A DNA stretch of 64,000 nt from an uncultured Chloroflexia bacterium (GTDB lineage Bacteria > Chloroflexota > Limnocylindria > Limnocylindrales > CSP1-4): positions 1,414,756 to 1,478,755 of the forward strand of contig CAVVHT010000009.1 of the NCBI GenBank assembly GCA_963748235.1. The letters run 5' to 3'. Position numbers and translations under genes: made by a program. The notes below the pieces were generated by a model, which made no database searches, was not told the origin of the DNA, and saw only the letters and a program-made list of their open reading frames with translations. Below, piece after piece: positions 49,831 through 62,379 of this stretch (within the stretch, counting starts at the first letter, position 1; each line of letters begins with the position of its first letter).

Positions 49831-50751
49831 ATGACCGGCTCATCCAAGGTCGCGTCGATGAGCGACGCGATCGCCGCGCTGGTGCGCGATGGTGACACGG
49901 TCGCCATCGAGGGCTTCACGCACCTGATCTCGTTCGCCGCGGGCCACGAGATCATCCGCCAGCGCAAGCGCGACCTGACCCTGTGCCGCCTGACGCCAGA
50001 TCTCATCTACGACCAGATGATTGCCGCCGGCGTAGCGCGAAAGCTTGTGTTCTCGTGGCTGGGCAACCCGGGCGTCGGCTCGCTCCACGCGGTCCGTCGG
50101 TGGACCGAGGGGCCGGAGCCGCGGCTCGAGCTGGAGGAATACAGCCACTTCGGCATGGTCGCCCGATACACCGCCGGGGCGATGAACCTGCCGTTCTTTC
50201 CGCTCCGCTCGTATACCGACACCGACCTTCCGGTCGCCAACCCGCTCATCCGGCCGGTCGAGTCACCCTACGGCGACGGACCGATCTACGCGGTCCCGCC
50301 GCTCAAGCCCGATGTGTCGATCATCCACGCCCAGCGCGCCGACGCTGCCGGCGACACACAGGTGTGGGGCCTGCTGGGCTGCCAGAAGGAGGCCGCCTTC
50401 GCCGCTGAGCGGGTCATCGTGGTGGTCGAGGAACTGGTCGACGAGTCGGTCATCCGCGCCGATCCGAATCGGACCATCCTGCCCGGGCTGATCGTTGACG
50501 CCGTCGTCGTCGAGCCGTTCGGCGCGCATCCCTCGTACGCCCAGGGCTACTACGACCGCGATAACGCCTTCTATCTCGACTGGGAGCGCGTCTCGCGCGA
50601 GGAGGAGTCGCTCCAGCGTTGGCTGGACGAATACGTTTACGGCGTCGCCGGCCGACACGAGTACCTGGAGAAGCTTGGCCGGGACCGGATGCTGGCGTTG
50701 CGGCCGACGCCGGCCCCATCAGGATCGGTCGACTACGGGGAATACCGGTGA
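49831..50751 (+). CDS. CoA-transferase subunit A (glutaconate/3-oxoacid CoA-transferase family)
   Basis: 'AIAALVRDGDTVAIEGF' and 'IHAQRADAAGDTQVWG'. Followed by a subunit B gene with a GTGA overlap. Confidence 0.85.
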   Translation: MTGSSKVASMSDAIAALVRDGDTVAIEGFTHLISFAAGHEIIRQRKRDLTLCRLTPDLIYDQMIAAGVARKLVFSWLGNPGVGSLHAVRRWTEGPEPRLELEEYSHFGMVARYTAGAMNLPFFPLRSYTDTDLPVANPLIRPVESPYGDGPIYAVPPLKPDVSIIHAQRADAAGDTQVWGLLGCQKEAAFAAERVIVVVEELVDESVIRADPNRTILPGLIVDAVVVEPFGAHPSYAQGYYDRDNAFYLDWERVSREEESLQRWLDEYVYGVAGRHEYLEKLGRDRMLALRPTPAPSGSVDYGEYR

Positions 50752-51473
50752 GCACGGTCGCGGCCGGGTATTCGGCGTCGGAGATGATGATCGTTGCGGC
50801 GGCGCGCGAGCTGGCGGGACAGCGGGTCTGCTTCGTCGGAGTCGGCCTGCCCAACATCGCGGTCAATCTCGCGCGCCGCACCGTCTCGCCCGACCTCGAG
50901 CTAGTCTACGAAGCCGGCGTGTTCGGCGCACAGCCGGCACGCCTGCCGCTGTCCATCGGCGATCCGACGATCGTCACCGGCGCGACCGCGGTAACGAGCA
51001 TGTTCGAGCTGTTCGGCTACTACCTGCAGGGCGGTCTGATCGACGTCGGCTTCCTCGGCGCGGCCCAGATCGACCGCCACGCGAACCTGAATTCGACGGT
51101 GATCGGCGACTACGCGACGCCCAAGACGCGGCTGCCCGGCTCGGGGGGCGCGTGCGAGATTGCCCAGAACGCGAAGTCGATCTTCGTGATCATGCGCCAG
51201 TCGCCGCGCTCGTTCGTCGAGCGGCTGGACTTCCGGACGTCGGTTGGGACGCGCGTCAGCGTCGTGGTCACCGACCTCGGCATCTACCACATGGCCGACG
51301 GCGAGCTGCGGCTCGATTCACTCCACCCGGGCGTGACGCTCGACCAGGTGCGCGGCTCGATGGGCTGGCAGCCGCGCGTCGCCGAGTCACTGACGGAAAC
51401 CCCGGCTCCAACCACAGACGAGCTGCGACTGATCCGCGAGGAGCTCGACCCAGGGGGCGTCTACACGAGGTAG
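50748..51473 (+). CDS. CoA-transferase subunit B
   Basis: GTG 50748 inside track ORF 50619..51473. 'MIVAAARELAGQRVCFVGVGLP' and 'LPGSGGACEIA'. Confidence 0.85.
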   Translation: MSTVAAGYSASEMMIVAAARELAGQRVCFVGVGLPNIAVNLARRTVSPDLELVYEAGVFGAQPARLPLSIGDPTIVTGATAVTSMFELFGYYLQGGLIDVGFLGAAQIDRHANLNSTVIGDYATPKTRLPGSGGACEIAQNAKSIFVIMRQSPRSFVERLDFRTSVGTRVSVVVTDLGIYHMADGELRLDSLHPGVTLDQVRGSMGWQPRVAESLTETPAPTTDELRLIREELDPGGVYTR

Positions 51474-51493
51474 CCACGGCACCGAGGTCGTGT

Positions 51494-52099
51494 CTACGTT
51501 GCGCGGCTTCTCGCTCCGAGCAGCAGAACCACACCAACGCCGATGATCAGCAGCGGCCAGAGTGCGCCGAGCTCGGGCATGTTGATGACCCGACTCGAGA
51601 GCTGGACGAAGCCGATCAGACCGAAGATCGCAGCACCCCACAATGGCCAGACGGAGCGACGCTGGGTGGTTTGGCCGATTGCCCAGATGACCAGGAACGC
51701 GATCGCCAGCATGGCCGACCAAAGGCCATTCACGTCCTCGCCCGCCGGACCGAGCAGGGCCAGATCCTCTATCAGCTCCGACAGGCCAATGGCGAGGGTG
51801 AGCATCCCGAAGACCATCGACAGCCAAGACTTGGCGAAGAACCAACCGGCCAGTAGTGCGACCGCGATCGCCAGCAGCAACAGCGTGGTGATGCTGATCG
51901 CGGGTACCAGGTACTGGAAGAGCAGTGCGACGCCGACCAGTACGAGCAGGACACCGAGCCAAGGGAAGCCGCGGCCGCGGCTGGTCCACGTCCAACCAGC
52001 CCACTCGGGCTCCTTGCTGCGCTCCGAGTAGAACGTCTGGCTGAACTCGTCTTCGCGTGGCGGCGGCCCGCCCGGCGTGACGTTGATCGGCTCAGTCAC
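51494..52099 (-). CDS. Hypothetical polytopic membrane protein
   Basis: 201-aa ORF with about five hydrophobic helices. No family recognised. Confidence 0.6.
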   Translation of the reverse strand: MTEPINVTPGGPPPREDEFSQTFYSERSKEPEWAGWTWTSRGRGFPWLGVLLVLVGVALLFQYLVPAISITTLLLLAIAVALLAGWFFAKSWLSMVFGMLTLAIGLSELIEDLALLGPAGEDVNGLWSAMLAIAFLVIWAIGQTTQRRSVWPLWGAAIFGLIGFVQLSSRVINMPELGALWPLLIIGVGVVLLLGARSRAT

Positions 52100-52123
52100 G
52101 CCAGCAAATCTAGCAGCACCGGG

Positions 52124-52960
52124 CTAGTCGTCGGCTGTAGACGCGAGACGCACGGCGCTCAGAAATGCGCGAAAGGCGGTGATCGGGTCGTCGGCCGTGA
52201 ATGCGATCCCGCGGTCGCCGGTCCGCTCGAAGCCGGGGATCGTGGCGGCTACGTCGGCCTGGCCGGCGTGGGCGAAATCGATGCGCAGATCGATCGGTAG
52301 CGGGAGCAGGAGCGGCTTCATGTCCGACGCACCACCGACCACGCTCTCGACAGTGCGCTGCGCCGCGGTGCGGATCAAGTCTCGGGCGCGCGAAGGATGG
52401 ATGGAGTCGGCCGCCTGCCAGCTGACGCCACGCTTGACGACGACTCGCTCCGCCCACGGCAGCCAGTCGGCCAGCTCCTCGGCCAGCGCGTCATCGCCGG
52501 TGACCATGCCGACCGGGATGCCCAGCGCGCCGAGGTACACGGCATTCATGCCCGCCTCGGTCACCGGCCGGCCGCCCAGCTCGGCTAGGGTGACCCTGCC
52601 CGTGTAGGTGTGGGCGATGGTGCCTCGCGGATGACCGGCGCGGGCGTGGTAACCGACGAACAACGCGACATCGAAGCTCGACTCGCGGGCGGCCTCCACC
52701 ATGCTCCATGGCTTCTTGCCCTGCACCAGCCTGGCGCGCGGATCCATCCGCTCCGGCGTCAGGTTGTACATCGCGCCGTGGCTGTCGTTGACAGTCACCT
52801 CGGTCGCGCCGCCGTCGAACGCTCCCTCAACGGCCGCGTTTGCCTCGCCGACCATCAGCTCGACGGCCATTGAATAGAGGTCGTCGCCCCGGTTTGTCGG
52901 TTTGGCATGGCTGATGCCGGCGACGCCCTCCATGTCGACCGAGATGTACACGCGAACCAT
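52124..52960 (-). CDS. M55-family D-aminopeptidase (DppA-like)
   Basis: 'VYISVDMEGVAGIS', 'VTVNDSHG', 'FVGYHARAG'. Confidence 0.85.
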   Translation of the reverse strand: MVRVYISVDMEGVAGISHAKPTNRGDDLYSMAVELMVGEANAAVEGAFDGGATEVTVNDSHGAMYNLTPERMDPRARLVQGKKPWSMVEAARESSFDVALFVGYHARAGHPRGTIAHTYTGRVTLAELGGRPVTEAGMNAVYLGALGIPVGMVTGDDALAEELADWLPWAERVVVKRGVSWQAADSIHPSRARDLIRTAAQRTVESVVGGASDMKPLLLPLPIDLRIDFAHAGQADVAATIPGFERTGDRGIAFTADDPITAFRAFLSAVRLASTADD

Positions 52961-53707
52961 CTAGCTGTCCTCCTTCGGCCGATCTCGAGCCGGTGACCCG
53001 ATCCAAACCGATCCACCTGCAAAGCGCTCGGCCTTCCAGATCGGCGCTCGGGCCTTGAGCTCCTCGATCGCGTAGCGAGCAGCGTCGAACGCGGCCGCGC
53101 GGTGCGGCGCGGCAGCGGCGATGACGACGCTCGCCTCGCCCAGCTCAACGCGGCCGGTGCGGTGGACGATCGCCAGCCGCCGCACCGCGAAACGCTGCTC
53201 GATCTCGGAACCAATCTGCCGAAAAACCTCGACCGCCATCTCGCCGAACGCCTCGTAGTCGAGTCCGGTGACGTTCTCGCCGGCGTGCCGCGCGGCCTCT
53301 TCCTCTTCGCCCGGCGCGGGCGTGCCCGGCGTCTCCCGCGTCTGGCCGACGAAGACGACTACGGCGCCGTCGGCGGTGGTCGGCACGGTTGCGCGCAGCT
53401 CGGTCAGGAGCGCGTCGCCGATCGGTTGGTCGGTCACCTCGCAGCGCAGCAGCGCGTCCTCGGCGCCGCCGGCCACGGGCGGGATGAGCGCGACCTCGTC
53501 GCCGTCGTAGAGCGGCTGCTCGAACGCGGTGTAGCCGCGGTTGTGGGCGAATCGGACGATGTCGCGCGACGCCTCGATCGCCGGCACGAGCTCGATCAGC
53601 GCCTGCCACGCGTCCTCGACGGTCGACCCCTCGGGAAGCTCGAACTCGCGCTTGCTCCAGCCGGCCTGCTGGCGGAGCATCGCAAAGAGGCGGATGGTGA
53701 CCTTCAT
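52961..53707 (-). CDS. Fused molybdopterin synthase MoaD-MoaE (MoaX-like)
   Basis: The N-terminal 81 aa form a ThiS/MoaD fold ending 'LIPPVAGG'. The remainder is MoaE ('VVFVGQTRE', 'LAIVHRTGRVELGEASVVIAAAAPHR', 'APIWKAE'). Confidence 0.85.
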   Translation of the reverse strand: MKVTIRLFAMLRQQAGWSKREFELPEGSTVEDAWQALIELVPAIEASRDIVRFAHNRGYTAFEQPLYDGDEVALIPPVAGGAEDALLRCEVTDQPIGDALLTELRATVPTTADGAVVVFVGQTRETPGTPAPGEEEEAARHAGENVTGLDYEAFGEMAVEVFRQIGSEIEQRFAVRRLAIVHRTGRVELGEASVVIAAAAPHRAAAFDAARYAIEELKARAPIWKAERFAGGSVWIGSPARDRPKEDS

Positions 53708-53725
53708 CGCATCACCTCGGCACCA

Positions 53726-54556
53726 TCAAACCAGCAGGCCGGATGAGACATACAGCGCCGCGGCGCCGATCGTGCCTGCCATCACGGCGGCGAGGTTGAT
53801 GTACAGCAGGCCGGTGGCCAATTCCATCGATCGCGTCTGGGCCGTGCGCAGCGCCATATAGCACACCACCAGCGGGAAGATCAGCGTGATCACCAAGCGC
53901 ATGATGACCAGCAGAAGCGAATCGTTGAACGCGCTGAAAGCGACCTGCCCGGGTCCGCCGCCGAGTGTTGTCCAGACGATGAACAGCAGGATCTGCAGCA
54001 TGAGCGTGGCGATGAGCATCCGAGACTGGAGGATAAGCGGTGCCTCGGGAAGCTTGGGTGTGACCAGGTACCAGTGGCTCAGCACGACGGCCGACATGGA
54101 GCCGCCGGTCACCGCCGTCAGGACGCACAACTGGACGAGGAACGGGACCGCGTCGACGCTGCTCGGCGCCCAGCCAAACGCTGCCGCGCCGAGCGCGAGA
54201 CCGGCAGCAACCAGGGTCGCCGCGCCGATAACAATCGACGACCGCGGCCGGCGCACTACGAACGCGTCCAGCAACGCGAGGACCCCGAACGCGGCCACGC
54301 CCGCGAGGCGCAGTGCGTCGAGCTCCGGCGGCGCCGGCGTGATGGCCAGCGCCGGCCCAGGTGTCAGGTCGTTGTCGGTCAGCAGCGCGAGACCGGCCAA
54401 GGCCGCCGCGAAGACGCTGCTGAAGCGCATGTAGCCGATGGTCGGCATAGCCCGGTGGCGGGTAATGACCATGAACAGGAACGAGCCAAAGGCGAGCGTG
54501 ACAAGGATTATCCAGGCAGCGAACGGCAGCGCTTCGACGAGTGCCCGGTCCGCCAC
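53726..54556 (-). CDS. Hypothetical polytopic membrane protein
   Basis: 276-aa ORF with about eight hydrophobic helices. Same-strand operon context with the LLM and moaDE genes. Confidence 0.6.
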   Translation of the reverse strand: MADRALVEALPFAAWIILVTLAFGSFLFMVITRHRAMPTIGYMRFSSVFAAALAGLALLTDNDLTPGPALAITPAPPELDALRLAGVAAFGVLALLDAFVVRRPRSSIVIGAATLVAAGLALGAAAFGWAPSSVDAVPFLVQLCVLTAVTGGSMSAVVLSHWYLVTPKLPEAPLILQSRMLIATLMLQILLFIVWTTLGGGPGQVAFSAFNDSLLLVIMRLVITLIFPLVVCYMALRTAQTRSMELATGLLYINLAAVMAGTIGAAALYVSSGLLV

Positions 54557-54565
54557 TCTCGGGGG

Positions 54566-55483
54566 TCAGTCGCGGTCGAGCAGCTCGAGCGCGGCCCTGC
54601 ATTCCTCGATCGCGCCGACCGTGATCGGGTCGAGCACGAGCTGCAGGTGGGACATGCCCACGGCCGCGTAGCCGCGCAGGCCGTGGGCGATCTGTTCGGG
54701 CGTGCCCTTGAGCGGCGGCGTTGGGCGCGCGAACTCGCCGCCGGAGATGCGACCCTCGCCACCGGTCATTTGGACAAGCACCGTCGTCGTGCGCTCGATC
54801 TCGCTCGGATCGCGGCCTGCTGCACGCGCTGCCTCGTCGACCGCCGCGTTGAGCGGCGCAAGGCCCTCCGGCGTATTGCCGAACCAGTCGTGCCACGCGT
54901 TCCAGGAATCGATGAATGGCGCCGCAATAGCCAACATGCGCTCGCCGATCGAGCCGAGCATCAGCGGCGGCCCGTTCGGTCGCGGGCTGCGCGGTACGAG
55001 GGTGCAGTCGCGGATCTCGTAGTACATGCCCGAGAAGTCGATGTAGCCGTCACGGAGCAGCGTGCGGATGATCGTGAACGCCTCCTCGAAGCGCGATGCA
55101 CGGTGGTCGTACGGGAAGCCGTACGCCGTATAGTCGGGCTCGTTCCAGCCCGCGCCCAGGCCCAGGATCAACCGGCCGCCGCTCATCTCGTCGACCGTTG
55201 CGGCCATCTTGGCCAGCATCGCCGGGCTATGAAAGCTGGTGCTCGCAACCAGCGGTCCGAGCTCGACCCGCTCGGTCACCTCGGCCAGCGCAGCCAGCGA
55301 CGTCCACGCCTCCCACGGCCCGATCGGATCTTTGCCGGTGGGCGTATACAGGAGGTGGTCGCCGACCCATAGCGAATTGAAGCCGACCTGCTCGGCGGTG
55401 ACGGCCATCGCACGCACCTCGGCCCACGGCACGTGGCGCTCGACCTCGGGAAGCTGGACTCCCACTTTCAATGGTCTTGTCAT
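54566..55483 (-). CDS. LLM-class (luciferase-like) F420-dependent oxidoreductase
   Basis: 'GFNSLWVGDHL', 'SGGRLILGLGAGW', 'PPLMLGSIGERML'. Confidence 0.88.
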   Translation of the reverse strand: MTRPLKVGVQLPEVERHVPWAEVRAMAVTAEQVGFNSLWVGDHLLYTPTGKDPIGPWEAWTSLAALAEVTERVELGPLVASTSFHSPAMLAKMAATVDEMSGGRLILGLGAGWNEPDYTAYGFPYDHRASRFEEAFTIIRTLLRDGYIDFSGMYYEIRDCTLVPRSPRPNGPPLMLGSIGERMLAIAAPFIDSWNAWHDWFGNTPEGLAPLNAAVDEAARAAGRDPSEIERTTTVLVQMTGGEGRISGGEFARPTPPLKGTPEQIAHGLRGYAAVGMSHLQLVLDPITVGAIEECRAALELLDRD

Positions 55484-55519
55484 GCGGGACAGAGTCTACC
55501 GACGCATACCATCAGGCAC

Positions 55520-58052
<2,533 letters not shown>

Positions 58053-58062
58053 CCACTCCCCG

Positions 58063-58656
58063 ATGGCCGACCCGGGGAATCTGTCGAGACTCGAAGCGCG
58101 CTTCCGCGAACAGGTCGAGGCCAGCATCCAGGCCAAGCGCGAGCTGCTGGGCGGACTGGACTCATGCGTCGCCGTCGCTCAGCTGCTGATCGCCACATAC
58201 CGCAACGATGGCCAGCTATTCCTGTTCGGCAACGGCGGCAGCGCTGCCGATGCGCAGCACATCGCGGCCGAGTTCCTGGGTCGGTACTACCTCGAGCGGC
58301 CGGCGATGGCCGCGACCGCGTTGACCGTCAACACCTCGGCGCTGACTGCGATCGGCAACGACTACGCTTTCGACAACGTGTTCGCCCGACAGGTCGAGGC
58401 GCTCGGGCGGCGCGGCGACGTTGCAGTCGGCATTTCCACCAGTGGCAACGCGGCCAACGTTCTGGCCGGCCTGCGCGCCGCCCGAGAACGCGGCATGGCC
58501 ACCGTGGCGATGACCGGCCGGGGCGGCGGCCAGGCGCGCGAGCTGGTCGATCTCTGGGTCGGCGTCCCGTCCGACGACGTGCCGCGCATCCAGGAGTCGC
58601 ACATCATGATCGGCCACATCTGGAGCGAGCTGGTCGAAGCCGAGCTGTACGGCTGA
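58063..58656 (+). CDS. gmhA: D-sedoheptulose-7-phosphate isomerase (SIS domain)
   Basis: ATG 58063 inside track ORF 58018..58656. 'LFGNGGSAADAQHIAAEF', 'ISTSGNAANV', 'ESHIMIGH'. Confidence 0.85.
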   Translation: MADPGNLSRLEARFREQVEASIQAKRELLGGLDSCVAVAQLLIATYRNDGQLFLFGNGGSAADAQHIAAEFLGRYYLERPAMAATALTVNTSALTAIGNDYAFDNVFARQVEALGRRGDVAVGISTSGNAANVLAGLRAARERGMATVAMTGRGGGQARELVDLWVGVPSDDVPRIQESHIMIGHIWSELVEAELYG

Positions 58657-58659
58657 GTC

Positions 58660-59373
58660 TTAGGCATCGGGTGGTCGCCCGCCGAGCTGAGTGGTTTGCT
58701 GGGCGCGCTCGTAGTCGGCCGGCACACCGATGTCGATGAAGAAGCCCTCGAACTCGGCGCCGTGCAGCCCGCGTCCGATCAACGCCGGCAGTATGTCGCG
58801 CTCGAGCGAGACCGCCGCTCCGGCCGGGATTAGCGCCAGCAAGTCGCGCTCGATTACGTACAGCCCGGCGTTGATCGAGGCCGCCCCGCTGGTCGTTCCC
58901 TTTTCCACGAACGCGGTCACAGCGCCGTCATCGGCGAGCGAGACCGCGCCGTACCGATCTGCGTCGTCGACCCGGACGAGCGCGATCGTGGCTCGGGCTT
59001 TGGCCGCCTCGTGACGGTCAACCAGCTCGTCGAGCGGGATGTCGAAGTACGAATCGCCGTTCATCAGCAGCCAGCGATCGCCGCGCAGCAGCGGCTCGGC
59101 CAGCTTCAGCGCCCCGGCGGTGCCCAATGGCTGCTCCTCGGTCGACACCTCGATCGCCAGCCCAAATTGAGTGCCATCGACGAGATGGTCGGTCAGCTGA
59201 TCGGCGCGGTAGCCGGCGCAGATGACCACACTGTCGAAACCGGCGCGCTGCAGCTGCCCGAGGAGATGCTCCAGGAAGGGCCGCCCGCCGACAGCCGCCA
59301 TCGATTTCGGAACGTTACTGACGCTTGGACGCAGACGCGTGCCGAGTCCGCCGGCAAGGATGATCGCCTGCAC
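58660..59373 (-). CDS. Sugar-1-phosphate nucleotidyltransferase (HddC-like heptose-1-P guanylyltransferase or ManC-like)
   Basis: 'AIILAGGLGTRLRP...PKSMAAVGGRPFLEH', 'PLGTAGAL', 'LMNGDSYFD'. Confidence 0.8.
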   Translation of the reverse strand: MQAIILAGGLGTRLRPSVSNVPKSMAAVGGRPFLEHLLGQLQRAGFDSVVICAGYRADQLTDHLVDGTQFGLAIEVSTEEQPLGTAGALKLAEPLLRGDRWLLMNGDSYFDIPLDELVDRHEAAKARATIALVRVDDADRYGAVSLADDGAVTAFVEKGTTSGAASINAGLYVIERDLLALIPAGAAVSLERDILPALIGRGLHGAEFEGFFIDIGVPADYERAQQTTQLGGRPPDA

Positions 59374-59453
59374 TTCTCAGCGCGCCTCCCACAAGGTGAT
59401 AGCCCAAGCGTACCGCGGCCCGAAGCGCGTCTCGACACGTACCCTGAGCGGCA

Positions 59454-60599
59454 ATGAGCATTAAGGGGAGGTCCAGCGCGGGCCGCAAGCCGCGCGTGGT
59501 GATGGTCTCGGCAAATGCCTATCCGGTGATGGGCGGCGTCGAGACGCATGTCAACGAGGTCGCGCCGCGTGTCGCCGCGGCCGGATTCGACGTGACGATC
59601 TTGACCACCGATCGAAGCGGCGATCTGCCCCGGCGCGACATCCTCGGTGGCGTGCCGACGCTGCGCGCCGTACCGGCCAAGCGTGTAGGAGCCTGGCCCG
59701 CCAAACGCGACTGGTACTTCGCGCCGGGCATCCTGCGCGACGTCGCGCTCGGCGACTGGGACCTAGTCCACTGTCAGGGCTACCACACGTTCGTGCCGGC
59801 GCTGGCGATGCTCGGCGCGATTACGTCGCGCAAGCCGTTCATGCTCACGTTCCACTCCGGTGGCCACGGCTCGCAGCTGCGCACGCGCCTGCGCGGTCCG
59901 CAGCGCAGCGTGCTGCGGCCGCTCTTGGCTCGCGCGCGGAAGCTGGTCGCAGTCTCTCAGTTCGAGGCACGTTTCTTCGCGCGCGAGCTGCGCCTGCCGG
60001 CGTCGCGTTTCGCGACCATCCAGAACGGCGCGGCGATGACCTGGCCGGATGCCGGCGACACGAGCGACGACGCGGCGCCATTGATCCTGTCGGTCGGGCG
60101 GCTCGAACGCTACAAGGGCCACCACCGACTGATCGAGGCCTTGCCCGCCATCCTGCGCGTGCGGCCGGCTGCTCGACTGCGCATCGTCGGCGCCGGCCCG
60201 TACGACGCCGAGCTACGCCGGCTCGCTGCGGCGTCGCCGGTGAGCGACCGAATCGAGGTCGGCAGCATCGACCCATCCGACCGAAGCGGCATGTCGTCAG
60301 TGCTGGCCAGTGCCAGCGTCGTCTGCCTGTTGAGCGAATACGAGGCGAATCCAGTCGCCGTGATGGAGGCGCTCGCCCTGCGCCGCCGTGTGCTTGTCGC
60401 CGACACGTCCGGTCTGTCTGAGCTGGCCACCAGTGGCCTCGCGCGGGCGATCCCGATCGACAGCAGCACAGCTTCTGTGGCGACCGCAGTTGTCGAGCAG
60501 CTGGCGACACCTGCCCCGCAGGAGTTTGACCTGCCGACGTGGGACGAATTGGCCGCCAGCCTGGTCGATGTCTACCGCGAGGTCCTGGGATTGCGTTGA
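59454..60599 (+). CDS. GT4-family (GT-B) glycosyltransferase
   Basis: 'VVMVSANAYPVMGGVETHV' and the C-terminal 'SEYEANPVAVMEALA' E-x7-E-like motif. Confidence 0.85.
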   Translation: MSIKGRSSAGRKPRVVMVSANAYPVMGGVETHVNEVAPRVAAAGFDVTILTTDRSGDLPRRDILGGVPTLRAVPAKRVGAWPAKRDWYFAPGILRDVALGDWDLVHCQGYHTFVPALAMLGAITSRKPFMLTFHSGGHGSQLRTRLRGPQRSVLRPLLARARKLVAVSQFEARFFARELRLPASRFATIQNGAAMTWPDAGDTSDDAAPLILSVGRLERYKGHHRLIEALPAILRVRPAARLRIVGAGPYDAELRRLAAASPVSDRIEVGSIDPSDRSGMSSVLASASVVCLLSEYEANPVAVMEALALRRRVLVADTSGLSELATSGLARAIPIDSSTASVATAVVEQLATPAPQEFDLPTWDELAASLVDVYREVLGLR

Positions 60600-61813
60600 A
60601 GGTTTTGATGCTGACCGAGCTGTACCCGCCATTCATCGGCGGCTCGGAGCAGTACGTGCGCAACCTGAGTCGCGAGCTCGTCAAACGCGGTCACGAAGTA
60701 AGCGTGGCCACTGTCGGGGCGGGCGAGCCGTCGACCGACGACGAAGAAGGAGTCCGCGTCCATCGCCTGCGCAGCACGACCCAGAGCGCGCCGTCGATGC
60801 TGCCCAGCGGCCGGCCGTACCTGCCGCCGTTTCCGGATCCGGCGGTCGCCCGTGCGCTCGGCGACATCCTCGACCGCGAACGGCCCGACATCGTCCACGC
60901 CCACAACTGGATGGTTCACTCGTTCCTGCCCCACAAGCGGCGCAGCGGGGCGCGGCTGGTGATGACGCTCCACGACTATGAGATCGCGTGCGCAAAGCGC
61001 AGCCTGATGTACCGCGGCGCCGAGTGCTCCGGTCCCGGCCTCGAGAAGTGCCTGCGCTGCGCCGGCGCAAATTACGGCACTGCCAAGGGCATGGTCGTGA
61101 CACTCGGAAACTGGGCGACGCGGCCGCCGCTGCTGCGCTCGGTCGACCTGTTCGTCGCCGTCAGCAACGCGGTCGTCGCGGGCAACGAGCTCGATCGCCA
61201 CGGCGCGACTTACACCGTAATCCCGAACTTCGCTCCGGACGACGTCGTAGCAACGGCGGATACGACCGATCCACAGCTGGCCGCCCTGCCCGAGGAACCG
61301 TTCTGGCTGTACGTCGGGGCCCTGTCGGTACACAAGGGAGTGCCAGTGCTGCTCGATGCCTACCGGCGCCTGGCCGACTCGCCACCGCTGGTCCTCATCG
61401 GCCGTTCGTCCGACTTCGACCCACACCCGCTGCCGGCCAACGTGACCCTCATCAGCAACCTTCGGCATGCGGCAGTGATGGCCGCCTGGCAGCGCGCCGC
61501 ACTGGGCATCGTGCCGTCGCGCTTCCCTGACCCTTGCCCCACTGTCGCGATCGAGGCGATGGCGTGCGGCGTCCCGGTCGTCGGATCGCGCAGCGGCGGG
61601 CTGCCTGATCTCGTCGCCGATGGCGAGTCGGGAGTGCTCGTGCCGCCCGGTGACGCCGCCGCGCTCGCGGCGGCACTGCAGCGGATCAATGCTGCGCCCG
61701 ATGCCCTCGACGCCATGTCGGCCGCTGCGCGAGCCCGGGCGCCGCGCTTCATGGCCGGCAGTGTGGTCGAGCGCATCGAATTGGTCTACCGGGCCTTGTT
61801 CGACAATGGTTGA
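60596..61813 (+). CDS. GT4-family (GT-B) glycosyltransferase
   Basis: TTG 60596 overlaps the upstream TGA (alternative ATG at 60608). 'VLMLTELYPPFIGGSEQYV' and 'FPDPCPTVAIEAMACGVPVVGS'. Confidence 0.85.
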   Translation: MKVLMLTELYPPFIGGSEQYVRNLSRELVKRGHEVSVATVGAGEPSTDDEEGVRVHRLRSTTQSAPSMLPSGRPYLPPFPDPAVARALGDILDRERPDIVHAHNWMVHSFLPHKRRSGARLVMTLHDYEIACAKRSLMYRGAECSGPGLEKCLRCAGANYGTAKGMVVTLGNWATRPPLLRSVDLFVAVSNAVVAGNELDRHGATYTVIPNFAPDDVVATADTTDPQLAALPEEPFWLYVGALSVHKGVPVLLDAYRRLADSPPLVLIGRSSDFDPHPLPANVTLISNLRHAAVMAAWQRAALGIVPSRFPDPCPTVAIEAMACGVPVVGSRSGGLPDLVADGESGVLVPPGDAAALAAALQRINAAPDALDAMSAAARARAPRFMAGSVVERIELVYRALFDNG

Positions 61814-62369
61814 GCGCGTCTACGTCATCGGTGGCATGGGCAGCGGCAAGTCAACGCTGGCCGCCGAGATCGGCCGGCGCACGGGAGCGCCTGTCCATGA
61901 CCTGGATCAGATCGCTCGCGCGGGCGGCGGGACCGGGCCGCTGCGAACTGCAGAGGAGCGGGAGGCGATGCTGACCGACATTCTCGAGACGCCGCGCTGG
62001 GTGGTCGAGGGCATACATCTTGGTTGGACCGAGTCCCTGCTGGCCGCCGCCGACGTGATCATCTGGCTCGATCACGTTCATTTCGGACGTGCCAGCGGGC
62101 GAATTGTTCGCCGGTTTTACTCGCAGGCCGTGGCAGAGGCGCGGCGGCAGCGAGGCTGGCGCCGGTTCTTCCGTTTTCGCGACTACGGCAGGCGCCTGAC
62201 AGACCTGGCGCGGGCTATTCCCGAGTCACGTCGTTACCACGGATCGGCGGCAGCGGACGGCCGAGCTGCAACCGTCGATGCCCTGGCACCCTTCGTCGAC
62301 AAGGTCATCCATTGCCGCACGGCGGCCGAGGTCAAGTCCGCCGTCGCTCAGGTGGGTGTCACCAACTGA
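61806..62369 (+). CDS. P-loop NTPase, adenylate-kinase/FlaR-like small kinase fold
   Basis: ATG 61806 overlaps the upstream stop (ATGGTTGA). Walker A 'IGGMGSGKSTLA', 'HDLDQI', 'WVVEGIH', 'DVIIWLD'. Confidence 0.7.
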   Translation: MVERVYVIGGMGSGKSTLAAEIGRRTGAPVHDLDQIARAGGGTGPLRTAEEREAMLTDILETPRWVVEGIHLGWTESLLAAADVIIWLDHVHFGRASGRIVRRFYSQAVAEARRQRGWRRFFRFRDYGRRLTDLARAIPESRRYHGSAAADGRAATVDALAPFVDKVIHCRTAAEVKSAVAQVGVTN

Positions 62370-62379
62370 AATAGAAGGG

